This document shows, piece after piece, positions 23,401-34,300 of a DNA stretch of 64,000 nucleotides. The stretch lies in assembly GCA_964188305.1 (NCBI GenBank), contig OZ076885.1, one strand, 5' to 3'. The position numbers and the translations under genes are program-made. The notes beneath the pieces are model-generated. The model saw nothing but the letters and a program-made list of their open reading frames with translations, was not told where the DNA came from and ran no database searches. How positions within the stretch are numbered: position 1 is the first letter of the stretch; the number at the start of each line of letters is the position of its first letter. Source of the DNA: Podarcis bocagei. Its lineage: Eukaryota.

Positions 23401-26400
23401 TTAATCTGAAATGATAAAATTGTCATGGGTGAAAAGGGTATCAATAGCCAGTAGTTATGAACGCTATATTACCTCCAGTATGCCTTTCACTACCAGTTGC
23501 TGGACAGCATAAGTGCTATTGCACTCATGTCCTGCTTGTGGGCTTCTTGTAGGCATCTGGGTGGCCACTGTGGTAACAGGATGGTGGACCAAATGGACCT
23601 TTGGTCTGATCCAGCAGTGCTCTTCTTATGATTTTATGTGCTGAAAGGATGCTGCTCCATGTAAACAATTGACTGTATGCAGCAGCTCACCTTATGGACT
23701 GGCCTCACACCAGATCTCCCCATGTTATTCATATTACTGACAGGTTTTCTTACAACAAGCACTCGGTCAAATCATGCGGCATGGGGGAAATCCACATGGC
23801 AAGGCAAGGCACATGTATACCTGGCCCCATGGAACAACTGCCACAAGGACCCTATTTCAAGCAGCCTCAACACCACATGTTGCTGAAGTGAACCTAAGGC
23901 TTGCAACCCTGTCATTTCACTGCCAAATCCTGAGAATATGTTGCCTCTCAAATCTAGTGACACCCCTGCCGCTGAGCCAGAAACTCCCATCGTCAAAACC
24001 AGATCCTCCATGAGATTGCTAAAGCTCTGGAAGAAAATGACAGCTGGGTTTTGAGCAAATAATGGCTCCCAGTTTTACAATTTCAAAGGGAAACTGTTTG
24101 GTCTCATAAGCTTTTGACTCAAAGTCATGAGAAGCTTGGCAACTGGTTGAAATGACCGTTGTGTTTTTCATAGAAATGAATTAATTTCAGAAAGCTCTGA
24201 ATGTAAGCAAACTGAGCTTGATAAAGTCCATCTATGGCAAAAGGGATGTTGTGAACAAAAGAAAATAACACTGTGCGATGGATCTCAGTCCCATACTTAG
24301 AGAACCCATGGCTTATAAGAGCAGAGGCTGGCTCACCTGAGCAGGAGGAGGTGTTTTACTGCACTTGGGACAATGGAATCTCTATGTAGGTCAGACAAGA
24401 GAGCATCAATTTTTTTAGACCAAAGGGCTGCATTTTCTCAGCCTCCAAGCTCCTGTGTGGTTTTTAATGTTTGAATACCCCTTTCATTTACTTTTGCTGC
24501 TCTGATGGGTTTCACCAGGCTGTATATTATGTATTTTCTGTTGCGTTTATAGTTTTCTTGTTCTCATTCTTGTTTGTTACTTTTATTTTCAAATTTTGTA
24601 TTGCCCCATGTTTGCACATTGATAAATAAGATTTTCTGGTTTATTGTGAACTGCTTCTTTCCCCTCCTAGCTCCAGAAAGAGAAACTAGGAAGCCTTGGC
24701 TTCCTAGTATATCTGAATCAGGGTTCATGGTTTGTTGATCCGTAACAAACAAACAAACAAACAAACAAACAAACCATAATTACAAGCAAACTTTAAGCCA
24801 TAGTTGTTGGCCTATGACATGTGGACTTGTTAGGGAGCAACAAATCATGATTCCTAGCTTGGATGTAATGGGAAGCCAAGACTTCCTGGTTTGTTCATCG
24901 TGCCTGGGGGGAATGAGGAGGGAGTGATTGAGCATGCTGCTCATTTACAATAAACCACAATCTGCCAGAAAATCTGACTTATCATGATATGTGGATGTAT
25001 ATGTGATAGAGCATAGCATAAATCTTTATATATAAACCAATAAGGGTGCCATTCAGTCACCCCGTATGACCCTAAAATAGTGAATCCTAAGCTTATGGTT
25101 CCAACAAGGGAATTCAGTCTCTGCCTTGAACTCATCATGGAAACTATCCCTCATAAGATTTGTGTTGTTACGTTGCCCCAAATACACACTGCAGGAAATC
25201 TACCAATATATTAGGTCTCCATAACCATTGATAGCTTACAAAGGGCAGCATTTTTTTAATTATTTGCCCAAGTCACCTGAAAGTCAGTTTTCACAGGCTT
25301 TAATATTATGTTTTGTGTCACCTCCATTCACATGACTGACATTTCCTCCAACCTGCTGCCCAAAGTCAATAATTAACCCACCCTGTGAAGATCTAGATGT
25401 GTGTCAATGAACAAGGAGGACCAGTCATTTCAGTGGCTCAAGAAACAGAGCAAACACCCCCCCCCACGAGGCAGAGGGAGTCCCCACCCTCTCCACAATC
25501 CCCAAGACTACCTTTCTAGATTGTTAGGCAAACTCCTTCCTGACATCAGATATAGCAGTTAGTTAAAAACCCCAGCTTCATCAGTTCTCCCAAAGTGGCA
25601 TATGGGAAAATGTCTGCACAAATTAACACAGCCCCAACACTGTCTCTTTCCCTACAGCTGCCTGATACCTCAAAGAAAGGAACTCCCCACAGGTCAAAAG
25701 GGGGAAAGCTATTAATGGCGTAAGTGTCTGTGCAAATTATTACACCTCTGCAGCATACTGATTCAGCAAGGAAATTCTATAAATTACTTAATACAGCTAA
25801 ATTTGAAAGTGCATTTCTAAGTACCCTAAAACTGAAATTGCTCTCAAGAACTCTAACAGAGTCGGTTACCTCTTCTTAATGAGGTCCAGTGCAGAGCCTA
25901 TAAATTCATCCTTCATTTTCTGCAGCTTAGCTCCATAGCTGGATATATCTGTCGCTTCTAATAGCAATGGGCAGCAAGAAGACTGGTTTTCAGGCACCAC
26001 TGGCTGTCCAGCATGGTGGAGGACTTCGCTTAGTTGTCTTGCATTCAATCCCTGAGTCTCCCCTTCAGCAAAAGTTTTCCCTCCCTCCTCCCTAAGGGCT
26101 GCAGCAGACTGTAGAGGTGGTCTTGGAATTGGACTCGAACAAATGGGGACCGGGATTCTATCTGAAGTTGGCACCTCATAGCGCTTGTCCCTAGCCATAG
26201 GCATGTTCATCAGGCAGAAGCTCCTGTCCCATGTAGATGAATTATCTTGATAGCCAACAAGGCCAGAAGTGCTCTGGGTATTTTCATGAAACACATCATC
26301 ATAATAATCTATCGTTGCAACCGTTTCTTTGGCAAGAACTTGCTGGGCACCTGAACAAGGGTTCTGGTTTCTTTTTTCTTCCAACTTTTGGGTTCCTTCC

Positions 26401-27422
26401 TTCACATCTTTTGTCACTTCACCGCTGCCACCGAGAAAACATGTCTCCTTGATTCTCATCCGCTTGAACTCTTCAAAAGTTGGAATGTAGAGTCTCTCTT
26501 TGAAGTCCCCTTTTTTGCTCAGCTCCAAAATCCTTTTGGTGTCTCCTTCCCCCTCATATCCCTTTAAGGATCCAGTCGTTTGGGACTTGACCATGTCCTG
26601 GCCATCACTGGCACAATGGAGAGTCAAGTTGGGCGAGCTGTTCTGTCTCCTGATCTGCAATCTTCTCCGAGCTTCTTGCTTGATGTCTTCTGGGTTTGTT
26701 AGTCGGCGAGAAAAGCAAGGCCGATGACTCCCCAGAGCTGTCCATGGCCCGTGAGTGAGGGTGGCATGCTGCACAAATATGGTGCAACAGTTCACCGAAC
26801 AACCGTTCTTATATTGCTGGCATGCCCGGCATTCAGAGCATTCCCTTGGAACCAGATCATTCAAGGAAACCTGAGGTCTGAGAGGCTTGCAAATCTCTGC
26901 AGCTTTACTACTGTGAATTCGAAGTTTTTCCTTTAGGGTTTTTTTGGCATCCCCATCCACGGAGGAGAAAAGCCACGGAGGCACTTTGGCACAAGGAGGA
27001 AGGGCGACGTCTCGCGCTGCAGGTGGAATTCTGTCCAACGCGAGAGGGAAGTGTCGGCAACATTCAGGTGAGCTGGGGGATGGAGTACCTTCTGCAGAAC
27101 ACTTTGACCAATGAGCTGTGCCTTTGTAACGGACGACAAATTCTTTGTCTACATTTCCATAGCGGGGATGGCAATGCGGATCAGCACCCGTGGCCCAATG
27201 TAGATTCTCCACACTTCGATACAGATGTGCCCCTGCAGTGCTGTCTGCTTTGCTCACAGGATTAAAGTCCCCAGTAAAAATGCGAGCGTCCAAGTTCTTC
27301 AGAGGATGCATGCTGCTAACTGAGAAATCCTTTAAGCCATGTTGTGCGTACAGCTGATTATTCTGGCAGCTCAAAATTACCCGACAGTGTTCCTGCCTCT
27401 CATCAACGCTGATGTATGTCAT
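10670..27422 (-). CDS. Uncharacterised Dbl-family Rho guanine nucleotide exchange factor (DH + PH-like), about 1141 aa; complement(join(25870-27422,20190-20286,17997-18201,16163-16791,12756-12901,10670-11465))
   Basis: Six GT-AG exons with matching phases (2,0,1,0,2) total 3426 nt with no internal stop. DH hallmarks: ERKESVLEFVNTETSYGEDL (CR1), FGNIQELIDLN, YCLQQ, LRSFLMAPLQRVTKYPLLL (CR3), LEHIN. A PH-like region follows (FVMEGPL...SFVFRDGDKARTHHWFRQI). The start ATG at 27422 is inferred as the first in-frame ATG after an upstream TGA. Confidence 0.88.
12756..12901 (-). CDS. RhoGEF gene exon, middle of the DH domain
   Basis: Acceptor tcggcag|GGC, donor AG|gtgagg; encodes GDDDLMTVCIGEIFLEFVNMLPAFQTYCLQQSSSVNMLNALEKEKELLR. 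Not shown in the ORF track. Confidence 0.92.
13441..13590 (+). mobile_element. CR1 LINE 3'-end fragment
   Basis: Homologous to 23470-23637 (gggcatct..ttggccactgtgag...gatggg.ctttggt.tgatc.agcagg). Confidence 0.6.
15434..15570. mobile_element. Palindromic hAT-derived MITE (ggactacaactcccatc...gatgggagctgtagtcc family)
   Basis: Inverted arms; same family as 57988-58123. Confidence 0.75.
16163..16791 (-). CDS. RhoGEF gene exon with Cys cluster and N-terminal half of the DH domain
   Basis: Acceptor cccctgctcag|GC, donor CAG|gtagtg; encodes PCTDC...LCEKC...ERKESVLEFVNTETSYGEDLRIIKEEFYLPM...EIEQAFEQ. Confidence 0.93.
17997..18201 (-). CDS. RhoGEF gene internal exon (SSSPNCRRSSSD...KRKQLELKIAAAARQHAQKRRQERDS)
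   Basis: Acceptor cttttcttccag|AGC, donor A|gtatgc; phases 0/1. Confidence 0.85.
18270..18624 (-). mobile_element. Sauria SINE, full length
   Basis: On - strand: tRNA-like head GGGATGTGGGTGGCGCTGTGGGTTAAACC...GGTTCGAATCCC, then body, then (ACCTTT)n tail. Perfect 14-bp TSD AAGATACTTAAATA at 18256-18269 and 18628-18641. Confidence 0.93.
19681..19771. mobile_element. 91-bp hAT-type MITE
   Basis: TIRs CATAGCTGTCAAC...GTTGACAGCTATG; 8-bp TSD AGAATAAT/AGAATAAC. Confidence 0.8.
20190..20286 (-). CDS. RhoGEF gene internal exon (CSGDATPETPSKGFCELKKDDLTFVEDSHQPT)
   Basis: Acceptor ttttttcacag|C, donor ACC|gtgagt; phases 2/0 bridge the neighbouring exons exactly. Confidence 0.78.
23470..23637 (+). 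mobile_element. CR1 LINE 3'-end fragment
   Basis: ...ggcatctgggtggccactgtgg.aacaggatg.tggacc.aatggacctttggtctgatccagcagtgctcttcttatg. Confidence 0.65.
24744..24774. repeat. (AAAC)n microsatellite
   Basis: Seven perfect AAAC units plus a partial unit. Confidence 0.95.
25870..27422 (-). CDS. RhoGEF gene, large first coding exon (517 codons, mostly low-complexity N-terminus)
   Basis: Inside the 554-codon ORF. Ends ...GSALDLIKK(S) at donor AG|gtaacc (phase 2), matching the phase-2 acceptor at 20286. Likely acceptor tttcttctttgcatcatcag| at 27614. Confidence 0.78.
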
Positions 27423-27752
27423 AGCAAATTGACGCGGACAATCTAACAGGCTGATGCTTTTTGAAGGAAGAGGGCAAGAGGAGGAAGGAGTTGTCGGACT
27501 GCTCAGATGCTGTTCAGGAGTCCTAGCCACAGACAGCAGGGCTGTGCTATCAGGGTGCTCACATCAATGAGCAGGCACATCTCCACTGTGAGAGCACGTG
27601 CGGATGGAGAACACCTGATGATGCAAAGAAGAAAAAGGAGCTTACAGAAGAGACACAGCATCCAAAGAGAAGACGGGTAGCCAACGATCACAGAAGTAAC
27701 CAAAAGGAAGCTTACCTACTACCTCCGACTTTGGAGCTGTTCAGCATGCTCT

Positions 27753-27925
27753 GTGTGGTGTGGTGTAGTGGTTAGAGTGTTGGACTATGACCTTGGAGAC
27801 CACGGTTCAAATCTCCACTTGGTCATAAAGCTCATTGGGTGACCTGAGGCCAATCACTGTCTCTCAGACTAGCTTACCTCACATGGTTAGTGAAAAGGTA
27901 GATTGAGGAGTGGGGAAATTATTCT
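27753..27925 (+). mobile_element. tRNA-derived SINE (MIR-like lizard family)
   Basis: A box tggtgtagtggttagag, B-box-like ggttcaaatc, core gctcattgggtgacct...tctctcag...cttacctcaca; related copies at 30995-31172 and 36662-36760. Confidence 0.7.
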
Positions 27926-29445
27926 CCCATCACCACCCCAGGAACCTCATGAAATCATGCAGAGTATTACTTAATTTTCTACCTTAAAACTTCACTGTGG
28001 CTAAACATGTGAATGTGCATTTCTTACAGGCAAGCCCACTACATGAACCACTACCCCACATGGGATCTTTCTGATGTATATGGATTTTGTACTAGAGTAC
28101 TTACACCTGAATATGATTCCCCCCCCCCAATAATAATAATATAATAATGTAAAGCCTTGCAGAGCATCCCCAGTTTGCATGAATAAGATGTCCATGTTTT
28201 CCCCAAGGTTATTTTCTCTTATCCGCTCACAACCTCACCTGGTCCTCTCCGAGCCTAGGAGGGCTTGTTTTGAGATGCTTGATTTTCTTCATGCTTTAAT
28301 TATTTCTCCTCTGCTGTTCTCTCTGGGGAAGGCTGCAGGTAACGGCAAAGAAGCATTTCTTGTGTGATCAAAGGGTACAACTTGATCTGCCAGGAAAGAC
28401 AGAATAAAGACAGCACGAGAGGTGAACGTTTAGCAGAGAACAAAGATGGCTCACCACAGAGCAGCACTGGCATAGAGAGAGGTGGGAATCTGTCAGTGAA
28501 GAAGTTTCATAGTACGATTCTATAGATTCAATGGAAATTACTCCCAGCAAATTGCAGCTACTGAAGCAGTCGCTGTGAGTTCTTCTCCCACAGTGTGAAC
28601 CTGGTGCTATGCAAACTATAGACACACCAGCAAGCCAAGTGCTAGATATGTCAGTGAGTCAGGACGTATGGTCTCTCTGACTTAAATTTATTTTTTTAAA
28701 AAATAATAATCAGATACACACTTGCACTTATGCATATCTTTCCCACTACGTTAAAATAATGCTCCTGGGACTATGTGAATTGGCATGTTGGTGTTGTCAC
28801 AGTGATTTGCTAATAGATTCTTAACACAGCTGCAACACTATCAGCATTCAGTCTGAAACCAAACAGAAAATCTACACTCCCCCACCAGACCTTATACCAG
28901 GTCTGAAAAACTTTATAAATGTCCAATTTATCCTGCTGTTCTTTGTCTTCAAATAATTTGGCATATCACTTTGTGTAAATATAAAAGTAATTTTTAATAA
29001 GAAGTCACGCTGAGGGCATTTGACTCTGCACCACCTCACAAAAATCTATCCAAATGTCAGCAAGACATGCTGGAAACATAAAGCAGGCTATATGTGTGTG
29101 CCTATGTGGAAAGAAAATCAGAAGTTTATGGGGGGAAATTGTTAGTATTATGCAAAATATGATTTTTATATACTATACCAGTGAGTCTGTTGCAAATTCT
29201 TCTAGGATATCTTAAAAATGTTATACACCCAGAACATTGTAACTGGAAAAGAAATCCGCTAAGTACAGCAAAAAAAGAAGCTAACAACAACTCAGTGTAC
29301 TGTGAGTGTACTCAGATAATGCCAACTGAACAAGAGTGGTTTAATAAACATGGCACATTACCTCACTGAGCTTACTGCAATGCTATGATTAAAAGAAGGA
29401 AGAAATAAGAAAATAACACTTTGAGAAAACTTGGTTGTTTTTTAT

Positions 29446-29563
29446 CAGTGCTATTTTTCTAGAAAAAGAAGTACTCACCATTAATGCCTCCCTCCTTCTC
29501 TTATAATGGCACTGCCACCCACCTGAAAGGTGCCGGAACTCAGTTCCATTGGAAAAAAGCCCT
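29446..29563. mobile_element. Short DNA-transposon MITE
   Basis: Imperfect TIRs CAGTGCTATTTTTC...GAAAAAAGCCCTG. Confidence 0.55.
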
Positions 29564-30994
29564 GCTGTTTACCCATCAAATGGAACAGAAATATAGTTTG
29601 GAACTATTTTAAGCCTTTTAGTTGCTGATATAAATTTGAGATTCTTGGCTGCTCCAGGTGTCGTGTTGATGGTGCATTCATTATTATTTGTGTGCTCGTT
29701 GTGGTATCAAGCCATTATAAATGATCCCACTTTTAACATTGTTTGCACCTGGAAAAGATTTGGGGCGGAAATACTGCTTTGTTCCCAGTCACAGCATGTC
29801 CCATAACTTTCCTGCTGAAATCCTACAACTTTTTATACAAAAAAAATGTCCTGGTTTATTTTAAATTTTTTTGTCCTGCTTTTATTTATTTCCGCTATTT
29901 CTACACCACTTAATCACCAAGCTTTCGAAGCCGTATACATACACGTTCCAAAAAGCATACAGTAGGTAAAATCAATCAAAATTAATCATGAAACCAGACT
30001 GTTGTGCTACAGTGCCCCTCCAAGCAGCAATAATGCAATAACATTGGGGAAGCATATAGAGCTGGACAGGGGATTGATGTGTGGAAGGTTCAATATAAAT
30101 CCACTACTAATGCACTATTGCTGTGTCAGTGACATGCTGCAGAATACACCTGACAAAAAACCGCACCAGTCTGTCAGATGAATTGCATTTGGAGAGTTTA
30201 TAATATAATGAGCTTGCAAGGGAAAGGCCTTTTTTCTCATCATTGTTGCATTTAGTAGTAAACGCATACGTTTTATGTTTGTGTGTGTATATAAAATGAA
30301 AAACGAAGAAAAAAAGGACTTCATCCTAAACCAAGCAATGGACAATAGAATTCAGAAGGGGGCTGAGAGCTTAGACACCAGCTAGGAACCCCCATCTAAC
30401 CAGAAGGTCCAGAAAAGAACCTTCCTAAGAAGTTGCCTGGATATGTTTAGATGTGGCAAGGTTTGCTGTGTGATTTGTGCTTTGAGTATCAAGGACAGTT
30501 GACAATAAATTTGTAAAAGCTGCTGAATACCTGCTGTTGCTGTGGTAGAGTTCCAAGGCTAATCACTAATAACTTACAGAGTGTTGAGGAGTTTAAGAAT
30601 ACTACCTAGCTTCTTACAAATTGCCTTGCAGACGTCTCTTGCCCATGCACTTTGGAGCTCATGTTCCTCACTGGACCACATTTGGAGCCAATCTCCATGA
30701 CTGAATGAGTCATCACACAAGAGAACTTTCAGAACACTGGAGATGAAAGGTCACCTAAATTTTCTTTTCGGTTGAATCAGTTCGCACATTTAGCTGTGAT
30801 CCATCAAATGAGGGTAATTCAAGTGGTGTAGATATATGCATGCAGACCTCTTATGTCACTTCATCTCCCCAGATTTCAGATTTTAAGAACCCTTTCACGG
30901 CAGATTATGTCCCAGTTTCTGTAAGCTTCTCACATGGGATGCAATTGTGCCTGGGCTAATTTGCAAGATGGCTGTATCAAGGCCTGAGATAATT

Positions 30995-31172
30995 GAGGTT
31001 CAAATCCCTACCCAGCCATGAAGCTCATTGGGTGACCTTGGACCAGACACCAACCTCTCAGCCTAACTTATCTCACAGGGTTGTTCTGAGAGTAAAATGG
31101 GGAAGATGAGAACCATGTATTTCACTCTGGGCTCCTTGGAAAAAAGGTGGGGTATAAATGGAATAATAATAT
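30995..31172 (+). mobile_element. tRNA-derived SINE, 5' partly missing
   Basis: ggttcaaatcc...gctcattgggtgaccttgg...tctcagcctaac.tatctcacagggttgtt...ggggtataaatg.aataataat. Confidence 0.65.
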
Positions 31173-31337
31173 TAAGAAACTGAAGGTTTGAATGAGTCCT
31201 ATAGCTTAGCCGGAGCTGATAAGCCTCTGTGGACACCAGTCAGAGTTTTTTGCCACATCAATCCACGTGACTCCTGGGAGAAACAAATCTCATTGCTTAC
31301 ATAACATTTGCTAATTCGCCTGACTCAAAAAATGTTT

Positions 31338-31340
<3 letters not shown>

Positions 31341-31376
<36 letters not shown>
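31341..31376. repeat. (CA)18 microsatellite
   Basis: Direct reading. Confidence 0.97.
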
Positions 31377-31379
<3 letters not shown>

Positions 31380-34300
31380 CACAAACACACTGTTCTTTGA
31401 CAAGCACTCGGCAAGCAACAGGACTCCTGCCCACAGACCATTATTTCTTCCCCATCTCCCCTTGAACCTAGTACATGACAGATTTGACACCACCAGCACC
31501 AAAATCACTGAAACAGGTTTAAATGTCTTCCATTCCAGTGACACTGTACTGTACTTAGCTGGCTCATAAAGCTGCTGCCCATCTTCTATTCTATTCAAAA
31601 TCCCTCCCCACCCGCACCACAGCAAAGTATCTGACATATTTAGAGGATTATGCCTCACTGGAATAAATTATTTCCTCCCAAGTCTGCCTCCTGCTTGCCT
31701 GCCTGGCCCAGCTTTATTAGAATTAGTGGGAACATCAGGAGGATGAAAAGAGACAAACAAGACAGGAAGAGAGAGGTAGGAGGGGAAAGAAAAAGAGAGA
31801 GAAATATTTCAGCACAAATTGGAAAGGACTTATAAAAGGAGCAAGGCAGCCTACAAAATCACCACAGACCTGAGCTGAACTGGTATGTCAGGCGCCCAGT
31901 GATAATGGGCACATCTTAAAGCAATGGCAAAAATAAAAAACTGCAGCGCAGGTTGTTCACTCTGCTCCTGTAGGGATTAGCTAGCATAGCATTTTGATTC
32001 TGGAGAGCGGGTTCCTTAGATTGTCAAAGAGGAGATGGTTGACTCCATGCCTGGGAGAAAACTGCTTTGCTTGCATTTTTCCACTTCAGTTGACACCTCT
32101 GCCTGCTCCCTTCTTGCATTCCACATGGTTAAATGCGGCACTGGCCCAAGGGACTGGGGGGGGGGAGCAGTTCCACGGCACATTACCCTGCACCTCCCTC
32201 TATCATCTACTTCCTGGAATAATAGCTCCCAATTAGTAGAGAACAAAGCACCTTGTGACATAATGCCAAACATGACTCTGGGGAGCAGAATGTAAGGAGC
32301 AGAGGCCAGAGCAGCTGGCTTTGCTGCAGCATTGGCTAGCAGCGGGCAGATAAAGTGTGCCTGGTCTCGTACCTCTCTAATTCCCACAATTGATGCTTCT
32401 CAAATCTCAGCAGTAAATTGGCAGTGGAACAGCATCACTTAAGAGCATCCAGCAGGGAGCCCTCAATTTTATGGCCCTTCTCCTAGATATTTAACCTATA
32501 TATCTAGCAGAGAGAGCACATAAAGTATCTGATATCAAGACACAGAAGTTATACAGAGTGAAGCCTATCTCCTAATGCATCTCCCCCTCCTAAGCAGACA
32601 ACAGCCGCCACCCCAAACTAATTTTGGTCATGTCATTGTATGATACACATGGAACTAGTTGACATCAATGATCCAATGTGCATTTGCAAATGAACCCATT
32701 TGAACCCATTGAATAACACAACTCCATGTGAATCACAGCACAAGGTGAGCAAAAACATTGCTTCATGGTGGGTTGATCGGTGGGTTGGTCGATAGATAGA
32801 TAGGACCACCAGCAATGCTGGTAGGCGGAGGATTGTAAGGAGCCTTATGTAACCTTTAATGAGATTTTATAAGTAAAGAGCAAGCAACAAGAAGCCAAAA
32901 GATGCTCACTGAAATTAAAAGGCCTTTGGAGTCCATTTAAGAACCACCTAACAGGGAGCTACAAAACATTTTTAAGAAAAGCAATTCCAGAGATGCAGGC
33001 GCATCACTAAAAAGGCCCTGTCCATGGTACCCAACAGCCTGATCTTTGTGAACCAGAACAATAGCACCTCTGAGGCAGATCCTATGGCATGAGCAGGTTC
33101 TATATGGGTGCAACCAGTCCTTAAAATAACCTCCAAAGCATTCAGGCTCCAAACACCAGCCTGGCTCACAGCACTCTTGTGGAGCAACATCGCAGAAGAG
33201 TGGTTTCAGGCAGCCTCCATATGGAGGCTGTAACCTTTGGATCAGCACCATGAGACTTTCATTTCTCAGACATCACTTTGGGGATACTGTTAGCTTTTAA
33301 CTGCAGATAAAGCGGGCAAGATGACTGTGCCATTTGGATAGCAAGTTCTCCAGTAGTTCCAAGTCTTCACTTCTGGTAAGCACTGCTTCTCGGTTGACAT
33401 GCAAAGTCTCCAGCATGCTCAACATCAGTAGGAGGGACATTGTCTCAGCTCCAAAAACATCCCTGGGTGGTTAGTAGGCAGCAGGGTTCTGGCATCGCCC
33501 ATATCCAAGCATTGTAACGCCATCTGAATTTTACTTGAGCAGCTTGTTTCTTTGCTGGGAATGAGGCACCATTTCAGACAGAGGTTTGGCCTGTGCTTTG
33601 GTTGTGCCTGACCCCAAAGCTTCTCAGAAAGACTGAATGGGAAAACAAGTCTGCAAAACAGTTGCACTCTTGCGCCAGGAGGGAGTATTTGGGAGTTTGC
33701 TGGGGTGAACCAGGGTAAGGTTTGGATCTGAAGAAACTAGCACCTTCACAGACCCCCAAAATGCCCCCAAGCTGGCATGGTTAAATCCTCTCCACTTGTT
33801 TACAGTGGGAGAGAAATCAAGTTTTTTAAATAAAAACAAAAAACAGAAAACGGCTGATGAGTGCAAAACTGCTTACTGCCAGTCTGAGTGCCTAGTAGGA
33901 CACTGGATTGTGCAGTTTGATCACATTCAGCCCCTCATCTCACCCTGGCCTTTAGTATTTCATTCTAAAGCTGAGACTTATCAGGATTCTGCTGATATAC
34001 TATCAGTAAAATGGCAATCATGCAGATTTCTAAGTGAGCAAATATAAAATATTTTAAAATGTCATTTTATTTACTATCATGTATGGATTTTAGTTAACAT
34101 CCACGGGTATAAGCAAACTGGATATTTATTAATAAACTTCTAATTCTACCATACCTGCTGATGCAATGCAGTGTGTATGTATACTGTGCCATATACAACT
34201 GATTATGTTCAGGAGAAGAAAAGAAATCTAGATCGGAGTCCCTAAGATGAGTGGATGGTAGCTTGCACCTCTCCTTCTGGTCAGCAACTGAACAGCAATC

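Noticed and set aside
23772-24025. - strand ORF MEDLVLTMGVSGS... as an alternative RhoGEF exon
   Set aside because: It has a plausible acceptor and a weak phase-2 donor (AG|gtatac), but no supporting similarity. Its phase-0 start does not fit the phase-2 donor at 25870.
25866-27530. 554-aa ORF as a stand-alone gene starting at GTG
   Set aside because: Its TAA overlaps the donor AG|gtaacc and the phase matches the next exon, so it is an exon of the RhoGEF. GTG/TTG starts in the ORF track are not credible for a vertebrate.
27564-27566. In-frame TGA as selenocysteine
   Set aside because: I could not identify a SECIS element in the 3' UTR, and there is no redox-motif context.
27753-27830. tRNA gene (also the tRNA-like heads near 18540-18624, 36662 and 58514)
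   Set aside because: A/B boxes continue into SINE bodies with no complete cloverleaf, so these are tRNA-derived SINE heads.
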